Shown in pieces: positions 48,346 to 63,402 of a stretch of DNA of 64,000 nt. This DNA comes from Octopus sinensis (Eukaryota), in assembly GCF_006345805.1 (NCBI RefSeq), contig NC_043013.1, positions 30,380,001 to 30,444,000 of the forward strand, written 5' to 3'. The position numbers and the translations under genes were made by a program. The notes below the pieces were generated by a model. It saw only the letters and a program-made list of their open reading frames with translations. It was not told the origin of the DNA and made no database searches. How positions within the stretch are numbered: the stretch's first letter is position 1; every line of letters starts with the position of its first letter.

Positions 48346-51300
48346 CTTATATAAAAATGGTGTCTTGGGTTTGACAAATGTGTCTTAAAGTTGGCAAACT
48401 TGATTGGCAAACTTGTTACAAAAATTGCCTATCTGCATAGTGTTGAGCTGCCAAATAAATACTATGCCTGAATATTTTCGTTGCCTAGCATCAGCGAAAA
48501 TTATATTGTTACAAAGGTTGACATATTGTTGGAACTTGTTGCAAAGAATATGCCTTTTATATTTATATTATATGCTCTTTTAAGTAATCTTTCTCGCCGT
48601 TTTAGAACATCCCTTCATTGGGTGTTCCGTCATCGATGTACCAAATTAAGGAGACCTATGATTACAGACATTCTATCCGATACACCACTATTGGTGTATT
48701 TTGGAATGAATGCAGCAGCGTATACTTGTTTTTGATCTATTGTATATAAAGGGATTACTGAGTGATTTAAATTTAGCTACTGCTTTTAAAAGGCACGTAA
48801 CCACATATACACATCGCATTCTTTATATAATTGGATTTATTTTTTCTGTTCTTAAGATCTTGAGTCTCTTTGCAAAAGCCTTGATTCTTGCGTTTTGGTT
48901 TCAGCCTTCATTCTTTTAACTGCACACGGACAACAAATCATTTAACATTTCTTATTCATATTCACTATATAATGAGGGATCTGACAAAGACAAAATATAT
49001 ATCGATCGGGAGAAAAACCTGACCTTGATGATTTTCTGACGATATTCTGTGAACAACGTCGAGAAAATATTACGCTATAACATTTAAAAAACCCGGCAGG
49101 GGAGCAATAATTTCCACTGTTGTCTCGAAATTTATTAATGTTGTATGTATTTATATTTCCTGTTTGAACTTTTATTCGCTTATAGAATCTCACTTACACT
49201 TGTTGTCATCGCTCAATGTAACACTGTAAAGTTAATCTAATTTTAAGTTGACGAAGATATCAATGAATTGGTCTTAATGGTGTACCATTTAATCGTGACA
49301 AGGAGCTTAGCACTAAAGTAGATAAAAGAAATACCATTCACTAGAATTTTATCGAATTCATCATGAGTTGTTCTCATCTCATAAGATTTCTTAAAATTAC
49401 TTATGACTTCAGTTTAGGAACTTCATCAAATAAACCAATTTCTAAGTTGTCAGTATTCATTATATTTTATCCAATCAGGAAAAAAGAGAGCTAATAGGTT
49501 GTGTCTATTTTAGGATCCCTAGCATTTTGTGAGAGAAGTATAATCGATTAAAACACTCGCAGTATATAGCCTTATTTCATTGCATACTGACTGGAATAGA
49601 TACAGATAAAACAAACAAACAAACAATATTTATCCTCATATATTTAACTCAGGAAGTTTAAGACCCTTAGAAAGAAATAGAAAGTCAACGAATGGAAAAA
49701 GAAAATATTTTCTCTTGATTATATGATTTTCATCACAATATCTAGAATACGATTAGTGTTCAGTTGTTCACTCTAATTCTTCAACTAGTTTGACATTTCC
49801 GTTAGACACATTTTATTACATTTGAGACTACATAGTAAATCTCTTTATTATTTGAAGCTGGCAAAGACCTACGATAGAGGCCCCTTCACTGGTTCAAATA
49901 CAGGTTCTCTTACTAAAGGTTAAATAGACAGTTATGAAATTTCTGAGAGAAGGAGGGGGGAGCAACCATTCTTTTGGGTTGGTGCGGCTTTTTTCTCAAC
50001 AAACTGTATTCAACAAAAACAATAACAATATTTAACAAAAACATCTGTAAATGATGGTCTGACCATCTGCCAAGCAAATGGGAAGCAGTAATTGAAGTAG
50101 ATAGTGAATAATAATTTAAAGATGTTTTACTACATGTCGTTATTGTTTTGGTTGAATAAAAATTTGTTGAAAAACAGCCGCAATAATGATGCACCAATTC
50201 AATACATTTGCCTATTATTACCTCCCCACCGCACGCATACACATACGCCCGTTTAATTATAAATCAACTATATATATACGAAGAGAGAGGAAACAGAGAG
50301 AAACAACGAATAAGAGAAAGAATAAAGAATACGTATTGTACATCTTTTTTGAAGCACGTTTCATTTTACAAGTGTCTTAAAACCCCAACACGTGTTTCTG
50401 TTTATCAGCGTCTGAGGGCCCTTAGATGTGATGGTGTTCTGTATCTAACTGATTTATACTAAATCACTTGTAGTCGGAATTTTGTTTCAAAGATTGGAGT
50501 CTTTATAGAACTGGTTTCAAGGTGTATTCCATGCGGTTGAATGAAGCCCAACTGAATTTTTTAAGTACCTAAGACAAATTCCTAAAGTATCTTATGTGAC
50601 GAGAGAAAGGAATAACTCATATCCTTAATTCCAAATATGATTTATTAATTTTTGAATTAACGATAATATGTATTCATTCATACGGAAAAAAATAAATTAG
50701 ATACTTTCCTAATAAGTAATTTCAGTATTAATTCATTAATATTGGAGAGACATACGTAACACTCATCGAATATTCTCAAAATAATTCTATATAAATTTAT
50801 TTCAAAATGTACTAATTCTCAATTTCAACGACTGAGATAGTCTCCTCGATTTAAGATTTTTTTTTTTTTTTTTGCAAATGCATTTAATTCACTTGCTGTT
50901 TTACTTGATTCAATTATCATATCTTATCAGTATTGGCGGTATATCGTAAAACCAGGGCACTAAAATTAACTTCTTCGTTGTCATTTTTTTCTTTTTTCTG
51001 AGTGTCTCAAATCTCTGCAACACCGCGTCTTTTGCTCAGACCTTTGCCCATTTACATTATATCGCTCTAGAATTAACATTAATGATTATTATCATTCCGA
51101 CCTAAATAAGTTGCTCCGACTATAAATAACGTTATATTAAACTACTCTCCTACTCCCCACCGAGGCAACTAGGAGTTTAAATATAACTGAAATTCTAGGC
51201 ATATCGGACTGTATTACTATCTCCACGATGCTTTCTTATTTTTCCTTCTACTTGATATCATTTCCATCGCCGCATATGATGTACTGGGCAGTTATCTTTG

Positions 51301-51920
51301 ATACTATATATCACAGTTCGCTTCATCCAACTGTTTCAATTTTTGGATCGGAATTTGTACAATAATGGATTTCAGATTAATAGGTTTGAACCCCGACCGA
51401 CCGGGCGGAATACAAACGTAGTTGTTTATTCTGAGTTATTCTAAATGTTTCCTGATATGGTGTTATTAACCAAGTCAAGATTTTTAACGGAGCACCCATA
51501 TGTTATCTGCTTGGATTTTAGATTCCATTTCCTCTTGTGTTAAACACACACACAGACATACGCACGCATACACACGCATATATATACATATATATATATA
51601 GATATATGTATGTGTATATATGTATAAATATATTTGTATGTGTATAAATGTATATATGTATGTATATGTGCGTGTCTACGTGGATTTAATATGAAGATAA
51701 ATATATGTTCAAATATTTATTATCTTATCTCAAATGAATCCAACAGAGCTTGTCTTAACAGTAAACATTTTACTTTCCCTAATTATTGTACATGTTTACA
51801 GTGTTAATTATTTTACAAATGGTTTCTGATTTCTGCATATAAATCGAATTTCTCCAATTCAAAGTATTTTCAAATATAATCAAGTACGTATACAATCAAT
51901 TTAGAATTTGTGAGACTCTG

Positions 51921-51948
51921 AAAGAGAGAGAGAGGCGTACAGAGAGAC

Positions 51949-51989
<41 letters not shown>

Positions 51990-52120
51990 AGAGAAACAGA
52001 GAGAGAAACAGAGAGAGAGAGAGAGAACAGAGAGAGAGACAGAGAGAGAGAGAGAGAAACAGAGAGGGAGACAGAGAGAGAGAAACAGAGAGCGAAAAGA
52101 CAGAAACAGAGAGAAATAGA
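51921..52120. repeat. Compound (GA)n microsatellite
   Basis: Visible run with GAAACA/GACA interruptions. Confidence 0.95.
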
Positions 52121-52651
52121 GAGGTGGCAGAAATGATTGATGAATGTGAAATGTGAAAAATATTAGAGAATTTCATTTGCACCCAATTACATATATAATA
52201 TCCTAGTTTTAAAATTATTTTATCTATCACCAAGCAATTATTTCATGGCAATAGAGAACACATGACTTAGAATCGAGCAAATAAACTTTGATCACGCATC
52301 TTTACATAATTAAACTGAAGGTAACGTTCATGAGATGTGTAGAAGTTTACACAATTTGGAAACAATTATAATAAAATTGTTGAGAAATAATTAAAAATCA
52401 AGTAAACATCATTTCTACTTCAATTCCAAGCGATGCTCACACACACACACTGAAATATACATGAAACTCACACACATGCACACACACATATACGTATACA
52501 TGTATTCATATATATTGTATGTGTACATGTATTGGTATATTTGTGCATATATATAAGCGTATAAATATGTATATGTGTGTATGTATACATACATGAATAT
52601 ATATATATACGTTTATATATATGTATGTATATATGTATGCATAAATATAGG

Positions 52652-52709
<58 letters not shown>

Positions 52710-53728
52710 GTGTCAATATATATATATTCTATATATTTATATGTCTGTGTGTATTTGTGAATATATGTACACGTAAAGTATCTGTATTTATTGTATGCAT
52801 ATATATATTTATATATACGTGTGTGTGTGTGTGTGTGTATGCACACATATATATTTGCAGATACATACGTAATTATCGGAAGCTGGAACCTATTACAAAA
52901 GTGAAGTGTTTATCAACAGAGAGAAATGAATGTATTTGTAAAGCCATCGAATGAAAATTACGTTAATGATTATGATTATAGATTATGGACGAATCATATG
53001 AACGAACCTACTGTTGTGTCTTCATTTCCGTTACAATCTCTTGATGAAGCAGCGAAGTTTTCTGTTTACAATGAACATATGAGTAGCTAATCCATTCCTA
53101 CTATCTTGATCGAAAATATGCAAAACGTCGCGATTACGATTAAGTTTCTGCTTATGTCTGAATATTTCAAATAATTTCTGAGTATGGTCTGACTTTGATT
53201 GGTATTATCAATTATTATAGCACACACCAAAGATCGAACCAACAATCTTCTACGTCTTAGGTTGTCGATCTTCATTTGTTTCTAGATTTATGGAAGGTCA
53301 GTTTCAAATTGTTTTCACATATGTGGACGAAATACCTTCCCGTGTCTCTCCGCTTCACATATATTGCTACATAAATTTCAGAACTTTAGAGAATCTAGCA
53401 AACTTAATGAAACCTTTGCAAATAAGAGAACAATGAAAGTGTATATACTATAGGGAATGATAGCTAATTGGATGATAATGTTTTATATTTCCTAGATATA
53501 TTGATAGCTTTAAACTAGTCTAATTTGAAAACTATTAACGTTCTAAGTTAAAGCTTTGTTCACACAATTAATGAGAAAAATAGTTATTTTCTATAACGAA
53601 ATACAAGATGATCTTATTTCTTCTTTATTTTAACAAAGAGAGCGTTCATTGAAGTTATCAGTTATATTAATGATAACCGGAAGCAGTGCACTAGCCGCAA
53701 ACGTAGATTACTGGAGTGACTGACTGAT

Positions 53729-54049
53729 ACTCCGTCGGTTACTACGACGTATGATCCAGCTGATGCGATGAATAGAACAGCGAACTAATGAAATTAACGC
53801 GTAAGTGGCTTTTCCCTCCTAAGACGGGTGTACTCTGAACGTAGTTCTCTTCTCGGGGTGATTTAGTGTGACACGTGCTGTGACAAAGCTGGCCATTTGA
53901 ATTACATGTACAAGTCAGGTTTGCCAGCTGAGAGGACTGAAGCAAAGTGAAATAAATTATGCTGCTGAAGTATACGACTCGCTGCCGAGTATCGAACTCA
54001 CGACCTTAAGATCGTTAGCTGAATACTCTAACCACTTTGACACACGCCT
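53729..54049 (-). mobile_element. Old SINE with a family C-like head and a third tail type
   Basis: Minus strand: AGGCGTGTG..AGTGGTTAGAGTATTC...GAGTTCGATACT head, TTTATTTCACTTTGCTTCAGT core, tail CATGTAATTCAAATGGCCAGC...GAGAACTACGTT...GTAACCGACGGAGT. Confidence 0.65.
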
Positions 54050-57012
54050 ACATAATTTGCAATAGTTTATTTCATCCACAAGATTGGAAGATAACATCGG
54101 AAGAGTGCAGTTACAATAATTTCTTCTGGCGTTTTGCTATATTCCTTTATAATCTCTATAGAAATTCAAAAATTGTTCTCGCGTGAGCGGTCCAAGAAAA
54201 ATAAGACAATGCCAGTGTCAATTTAATGTCCGATACACTTATATAAACGTTTGCAATTCTTTTACAATTAGCATATATGCTACACGCATTTCTCTTACTC
54301 TCTCTCTTCTCACTCTTACTCTCTCTCTCTATATATACCAAATACTATGATAATTTCATTTAGAAATTAATTTTAACATTTGCCATTAGCATTTGATAGA
54401 CTAAATGGATTCATTTCTGTTATAATATTTCCAATATAAAATTGAATGTCAGCAAATACAATGCAGACAGCAACGGTAGAGGCTCATTTGGTGCTTGAAA
54501 TGTTGGACCTCAAAACATCTCATTTAACATAAATGATGCATCTAAGCCAATTAGGTTTTTAAACATATTTCTCGATGATAAATTTTTGCGAAGACCTCCT
54601 TATGACAGCTTTGCTTTTAATCCGTGTTAGAACTGAGTACAAATGGCCCAGGAGCCCAGACACCGGATCAAATTTCCTCAAGGATGTCAGAGCTCAAAGA
54701 TATACGATAAAGATAACTAATTTATTTTGAAGGCGAAGCAATACGGAAGTTACAATTGTGGAATGGAGTTATTCACATGTAAAAGAAACAATATCGTTTA
54801 TACCCGCCAGTAATAAAATAAGGGCTTTTGCTTAGCAACGTACGAGTCAGCAATAAAAACATGCACGCACATTCCTGGCACATTGTTGCATCGATATTTA
54901 GAATGTTGACATACAGCGACCAATTTCACAAGACCTAAAATAACCAATGAGTATGAGAAATATCTCATAGGTTATGTGTAACAGTCGTATTAAGACACAG
55001 GAGAATGACGCATTAGTTTGTATGCTGATTCAATACTCGTAAAGCCATAAACACGAATACAACATTAATGGTGATGATACGCTTTTTGTGGGTGTTTAAA
55101 CCAAGATCCAGTGGGATTGAATAAACCAGGGAACAAATGCATTGTAATCATCGCATTCGTTTGTCTTGTGATAGATATCTAAGGCTACATTATCCAATCA
55201 ATTTTTCATTGTTTATTTTTAAAGGTTTTGAGAGATTGTAATACAAAGGAATTTCTGTCAACAATTGTAGCCAGTCGATCGACCATAAAGTGAGGATTCT
55301 CGTCGGATCAAGAATTTCTAAATGACCTGAAGTGTTATTTCAGTTCAATTTCCTCTAATAATATATATAAATGTAATTTGATATGCACTAACACAACGTT
55401 GCGGGTCTATATGACAATACAAGCATCTAAATAACCTCTGTATACATATAAATGCGATTGATCGCATAGTACTCAATAGTTACACAGATAACAATTGATA
55501 GGATATAGTATACAATATAAAGAACATTCAGCGATGAAGACAATCTTCTAAAGACAATGACTGTGTTGATTCCATTCTCCTTCCTTGTAAGTATTTATAT
55601 CGTACATATAGGCATGCATATATACATATATCCATGTATATTTTTCTAGATATGTATACAGGTACATACAGAAATACACATCCATTAACATACCGCACTC
55701 TAATAGGTATCGGAAAAACGACAAATTGACACATATAAGAATGTAAATCAATTTGTTTAACGCCAAAATAATTCCTAAGTACTGTATGAATAGACAGTTT
55801 TTGTAACAAAACTTCACTCTTATTTAGTATTTAAGCCGTGGATTTGATAACTGTGTAATTCAAGTGGCCATTCATAAATCCAAATCATTATTTTTTATGA
55901 AATGCAAGGATATGCATTTCAATATAAATCTTTAAAGGTCATCATTAAAAACCGAAATATTTCGAAAGCCTATGTATTTCAGATGACAAAGTATCTACAA
56001 ATGAAATAAAAACCGAGGAAACTGACAATAATAGTGATTGAGTGGTTTACATGTCTAGAGTTTTATATTTTCTTGTTATTATTGAATAATCTTTAATTAT
56101 ATATACAGTTTAATTGAGAAGAAATCACATTAGCTCCTTCGGAAAAGTAACGAGACACCCAATACGGAGTAGACATTTTATCATTGAATATATATTTCTG
56201 CTGTCTATTTGAAATACGCTTTAATAATATAACATATTCCTTTCTTGGCGACAAGTGGTCTACAACAAAAGACTAGATATTATTCAGTAAAATTTGCTAT
56301 TTAGTTGTAAGCCAAATACCCCCTCTGACTGATAGTCAAGGAAATTGAAATGTTATAATCTTTTCATGATCTACATAAAAGATTTGCTTTCATAAGAACA
56401 TTTGATGTGTCCTAATACTTTCATGGTTGTTATATTATCGATCTTGGTGCAATAAAAGCTTTGTTTCTTATACCAATAAACACAATGACTCGAGTTGTAT
56501 TTTGGAGTGTGGAGCATAAGTTTAAGCATTAAAGTTTGAATCAGAATTCAGTTCTGCATTGTTCTAATAAATTCCATTAGAAATTTCTACAGAGAAAATC
56601 TTCCTTATACAATTTGTGTATTTTAATAGTAATTATTATATGGTAAACTGAATCTTCATTAAAAAAAAAAGTTACCTTATTGAATGATTCCTGAGTCAGC
56701 TAAAAGTTAGTTACTGTTTAATACTATCGCTCTTTACAATCGTGAAATACCACTGTTATGCAACGTTGAACCAACAATTGTACCTCCATATGATTGGTGG
56801 GCCCAGGATGTATATAAGTCAGCGAAATCCCATTTGCATTATAAAATTACGTTTTACTGCGGAAACGATGTATTCAATATTATAGTCATATATACACTTA
56901 AAAAAGAAAGAAAAACAGGGTTTTCACAGTTAGAATGACTTTCATCATATATCTGACGGATGAGGTTCACATACAACAAATTAAAAATAAAAACTAATAT
57001 ACACCTATTTGT

Positions 57013-57078
<66 letters not shown>

Positions 57079-57190
57079 GCTAGATAGTTGAATGATCTCC
57101 CTTACAAGCAAGATTATAGAGTAACCTCAATATACTAAGTTTCTCGAAGCATCTGTGTCATGAGACGGGCTTCTTAATTATTCAAGAAGC

Positions 57191-57820
57191 TTAGCGTTTC
57201 TCTGAAGTCTCTAGAATGTCTACCGTTCCATTAATAAAAACATCTTGCTGAGCCTGCTCTTTGCTTCTTAGTCGATTAGACTTAGAACCATTCACGTCAT
57301 CGCTATGTCCGTCTATTTCTCTTCGCCGCATGACTGAAAACCACAACTTAGCTATTATTTCTAGGTTTTTTTTATCCCCGAACTTTCTTGCTTAGATTAC
57401 TTCATTCAACTAGATTCTACATTTCGATTCTATGTATCATCATCGACCACTAAATAAAATATTTTTTTAATGTAGTAAATATATATAGTTCTTGAATTTA
57501 TTCTTCATATCTATACGAAAAATTGTAATATACACGCAGCCACATCAACGCGTTGTACTGACTATATATAACCACTACACATTAATATGTATCCAGTGAT
57601 AGGATACCATCCGCCTGTAGTTTGACAATCACACTTTCATCCTTATAATCTACATGAATAATGTATTTGCCGAATAATCCCGAGCGATTTTCCCCCTTTT
57701 CATTTTTGTATTTCCTGGACTGTGCTTGCAATTCAATGGTCCAATTCTGTCCCATTATTCTACATCGTCTCCGCTTGAGAATTCCATCAAGAGGTCGTGT
57801 ATATATGAAATAATCAGCTA
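57191..57820 (-). CDS. Weak candidate two-exon coding segment (exons ~57820-57608 and 57333-57191), unknown product
   Basis: Two stop-free stretches joined in a compatible phase by a 274-nt GT..TTTTCAG intron. No family recognised and the donor (GTATCC) is weak. Confidence 0.2.
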
Positions 57821-58512
57821 CTTACAAGCTAATGTGACCTGTAGAGTTTTAGTTGATCACACTCAAGGTCAAGACCGATTGAAAGTCTCCCATTATGTAT
57901 AATGTCGGTCGTCAGTGAATTTACGAAAATCACAATAACGTTGTAAAATAAATCAAACATTAATAAAAGTAATCTTTATATAGGAAGTTGCACTTTTGTA
58001 ATTGTCTGCCTCTCAGTCTTTCTCTCTATCTTTGTATCTTTATATTAAGCCATATGTGAACATTAATCATATCACTTGACCATAAACAGATTATTCAATA
58101 ACAGCCTATCAGCAATTTCAAGGAAATGTATCCGCAACATAAAACGCCACTGAGAAGTTAAACTAATTTAGAATATTTTGTTGAACAAATTCCGATTATC
58201 TTTTCCATAAATTGCATATTCAACGGAGCGAATGAGAGAAAACTTACGTAGTCATTCAAACTGCTAGAAATATTAACCAAATGTCCTATAAATCACTGCC
58301 TCCTATCTAAGAGTCGAGGTAGACACTGACTAGTGTACACTTCTGCGTGTGCAATATTTATAACGCAAAAGACGATTTAGTTATGTTTAATGCATTGAAC
58401 ACAAACTGTTTATCTAAATCAGTGTCAGAAACCCCGAAAAATTTCTCATCAATTCAAATAAATAGGACTTCCTTACATAGGTGATGGTAATGCTAATGGT
58501 GTTATGTATTTG

Positions 58513-60128
<1,616 letters not shown>

Positions 60129-60219
60129 TATATACCATACACATAACTATAAACAACCATAAGCCTAAATAAATACAACACATACACATTGTATGGAATA
60201 ATCCCTTATATTGATAGTA

Positions 60220-60416
60220 CACGGCTTGGAATTTTAGGAACGAGTGTTAGTCGAATGCATCGATTCCAGTACTTGATTGGTGCTTATTTCATCGACCTCA
60301 AAACAAGGAAATGCAAAGACGATTTCGGCAGAATATGAACTCAGAACTTTAAGACGGGCGAAATACCGCTAAGCATTTTTCCCGACGTGCTAACGATTCT
60401 GCCAGCTCACCGCCTT
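60220..60416 (-). mobile_element. Old family B-related SINE
   Basis: ...TTTCATCGACC...TGAACTCAGAAC...GAAATACCGCTAAGCATTTT.CCCGACGTGCTAACGATTCTGCCAGCTCACCGCC. Confidence 0.75.
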
Positions 60417-61069
60417 ATAATATATGGAATAATGAAAGCAAAGATCTTAACTAGCTAATCTTAATTCTTTCGAGCATGAACAAGTCTGGATCAACCGAAT
60501 TTTCTCTTTCATGCATTGTTTCAGTTCTATAGCACGAACTGCATCGGTGAGCTTACAGATTCTATATAATATCGAGCACGTCTATATATTTTAACCAATA
60601 TTTCTTCCCAAGGATTAAGACCTTAGGAACTCAGTCACGTGAAATATTCTCCCTTTCATGGAATGGTAATCTTGTTAAACTCGGAAACGAGTACGAAATG
60701 TTATGTTACTTAAAAATGCCAGACAAAATGTCATGTGATATTGAGATGTGTAATATTTATGCTCCAAGTTTGAATATTACAAAGTCTGTCAAAATAATTC
60801 CTTATAATCTACTGTTAATTTTATCGGTCACTTTGATTATAAGCTCTTTTCCATAATCTCTACTTAATTATATTATAATATTTTCAATGGTTTCATGTAA
60901 TCTTCCATTACAATAATAGAATTAACTCTATCCTCTGAATGTGTACGTAGCTGGTGAGTATCTACCATGTAGCAGTGAAAGACTTTGTTTATAAGTTGCA
61001 ACTGTAACACTTAATTCAAGTGATTGCGTACTCTAGTGTGTCATTTATTAGTATTAAGGAATGACAGAA

Positions 61070-61238
<169 letters not shown>

Positions 61239-61239
61239 C

Positions 61240-61896
61240 CTCCTCTTTATCATAGGTTTTGTTGGAGCTCCTGGAGTCTTGCAAGCGTAGCGGGCTTACT
61301 ATCTGCAGCCTACGGTTCTATGCTATCCGTTCTTTCAGCTATCAAATGTTTTCCTGGTTATTCTGGTCGTGATTATTGATGTTTCAGTGGATTTTGGAAT
61401 TGGGATTGTTTTCCCTTCCGTTTTCCCTTCAGGCATTGTCTCTGGCTCTCCTAGCATTTCATTAAATTTTCATATTTGTTTCAAAAATTCTTCCACTTCT
61501 GCTGTGGGTTTTGTTGCTGTTGCTGTTGAGCGAACGGTCTTCGTCCCAGAGCTCGCAAGATGGGAGAAATCCGAAATGTGGTCCTTTGCTATTTGTAAGA
61601 CCTGTAGAAGAGAAATCAGGTCAACCTCCGACACCGAGAGCATCGACGGATGGATGAATGCGCATCCAGGCTCAGCGGTTGCGTAGGAAGTCGGAGATTA
61701 GAAACAGGAAGAAAGAGTGAGAGAAATTTGAAGCGAAAAAGTACAACAGGGGTCGCCACCATCCCCTGCCGGAGCCTCGTGGAGCTTTAGGTGTTTTCGC
61801 TCAATAATCACACACAACGCTCGGTCTGGGAATCAAAACCACAATCCTCCGATCGCGAGTCCGCTGCCATAACCATTGGGCCATTGGGCCTTCACG
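61240..61896 (-). mobile_element. Family D tRNA head/core (61896-61701) fused to ~460 bp of GC-richer sequence, possibly a LINE 5'UTR/ORF start
   Basis: The head and core align to 22712-22895. The downstream part is unrelated to tails 1 and 2, contains a nested stem-loop (61626-61696) and ends at a (TAA)n tract. Confidence 0.6.
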
Positions 61897-61941
61897 GCCG
61901 TTGGAGCTGCATTGATCTCTATTATATTTTGTCATGTTTAA

Positions 61942-62184
61942 AGCGGCGAGCTGGCAGAAACGTTAGTACGCCGGGCGAAATGCGTAGCCGTATTTCGTCT
62001 GCCGTGACGTTCTGAGTTCAAATTCTGTCGAGATCGACTTCGCCTTTCATCCTTTTGGGGTCGATAAATTAACTACCAGTTACGCACTGGGGTCGATATA
62101 ATCGACTCAATCTGTTTGTCTGTCCTTGGTTGTCCTCTCTATGTTTAGCCCCTTGTGGGAAGTAAAGAAATAGGTATTTCGTCT
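61942..62184 (+). mobile_element. Full-length SINE, family B
   Basis: GCGGCGAGCTGGCAGAAACGTTAG...GAGTTCAAATT...TTTCATCCTTTTGGGGTCGATAAATT...GTAAAGAAATAGGTATTTCGTCT. Confidence 0.92.
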
Positions 62185-62189
62185 ATATA

Positions 62190-62790
62190 TATATTGTTAC
62201 GTTTTTGGTAGAATCTTTTCGGGATGGTTTTGAATTGCTTGTTTTGATCAAAGAAACGTTGGCGGTTTTCATAATGACTGATTCTTTGTGCTTTTGCAAG
62301 AATATGTTGCTTTAGCTGTTCTTTAACCTCAGTTATAACTTGCTCTGTAATTTTGTATTTATGTTGTATTTTGCTTCTCTTCTTGCTTAGTATTGTTGAT
62401 TGTCAGCTACTTTCATTCAGGATTGACGTATCCTTTCTCTTATTTTCTATGTTTTTTCTGGATAATATTTATCCACAGTGATTGTTTGGGTAGTGATGCT
62501 CTTGCTTGGATAGGTTTTAGGGGGTATTCAGCTACTTTTGTGTCACAGAGGCTGCTGTATGTATTATATCATTTAGCCTGGTCATATTGACATTTATTTC
62601 TGTGGCTACTAGTTCAGTGACGGCTAGGTTCATGCCATCTATTATTGATGTTCTTTGATTATTTATTTTAATTTTGGGGAGGTACAATCTGTGGTCCATA
62701 TTGAGATCTGTGGCTTTCAATTCTTTGATTATGTTCATTATTAGAGCAACATACTCATTAGCTTCACCTTCACTGTTTCTATGTTTTAGA
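62190..62790 (-). mobile_element. Decayed R4/Dong-type LINE, N-terminal (pre-RT) region
   Basis: LYLPKIKINNQ...MTRLNDIIHTAASVT and VKEQLKQHILAKAQRISHYENRQRFFDQNKQFKTIPKRFYQ resemble the LP.L...IN.LIYAAA and LKQ...AKA.RI.RY...QN..F....K.FY motifs of R4-type ORFs. Confidence 0.7.
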
Positions 62791-62795
62791 TTTGT

Positions 62796-63332
62796 TTTGT
62801 CGTCGTCGTCGTCATCGTCATCATCATCGTCGTCATCATCATCATCATCCTCACCACCACCACCACCACCACCATCACCACCACCACCACCACTATCACC
62901 ACCACCACCATCATCACCTCCACCATCATCACCATCACCATCATCATCATCACCATCATCACCATCACCATCATCACCATCATCATCAACACCATCATCA
63001 TCATGCCCATCATCATCATCACCATCATCATCATCACCATCATTATCATGACCATCATCATCATCATCCTCATCATCATTTTCATCATCATTTTCTTCAT
63101 CATCATTATCTCTTTCACCTTCTTTTTCATCTTCATCATCATCATCATCATCATCTTCATCGTCATCTTCTTCATCTTCTTGGTCATCTTCTTCATATTC
63201 ATTATCTTCTTCATCTTCTTTTTCATCCCGTTCATCTTCATCTTCTTCATCGTCATCTTTTTCTTCTTCTTCTTCTTCACCTTTTTCTTCTTCATCTTTT
63301 TCTTCTTCTTTTTCTTCTTCTTCTTCGTCTTC

Positions 63333-63367
<35 letters not shown>

Positions 63368-63385
63368 TATTATTATTATTATTGA
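62796..63385. repeat. ~590-bp in-phase compound trinucleotide array (CGT/CAT/CAC/CTT/TAT)
   Basis: Continuous 3-periodic low-complexity tract that is open in several frames. Confidence 0.9.
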
Positions 63386-63402
63386 GTGAGATAGTAGTGC
63401 AT

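Noticed and set aside
6277-52954. Numerous poly-IY, HT, CV, LS, poly-L/Y/I/N ORFs
   Set aside because: These are translations of (TA)n, (CA)n, (GA)n and (TAA)n microsatellites.
56785-56830. ATTGG (CCAAT) plus TATATAAG, promoter-like
   Set aside because: No downstream gene is evident, and TATA-like strings are ubiquitous in this AT-rich DNA.
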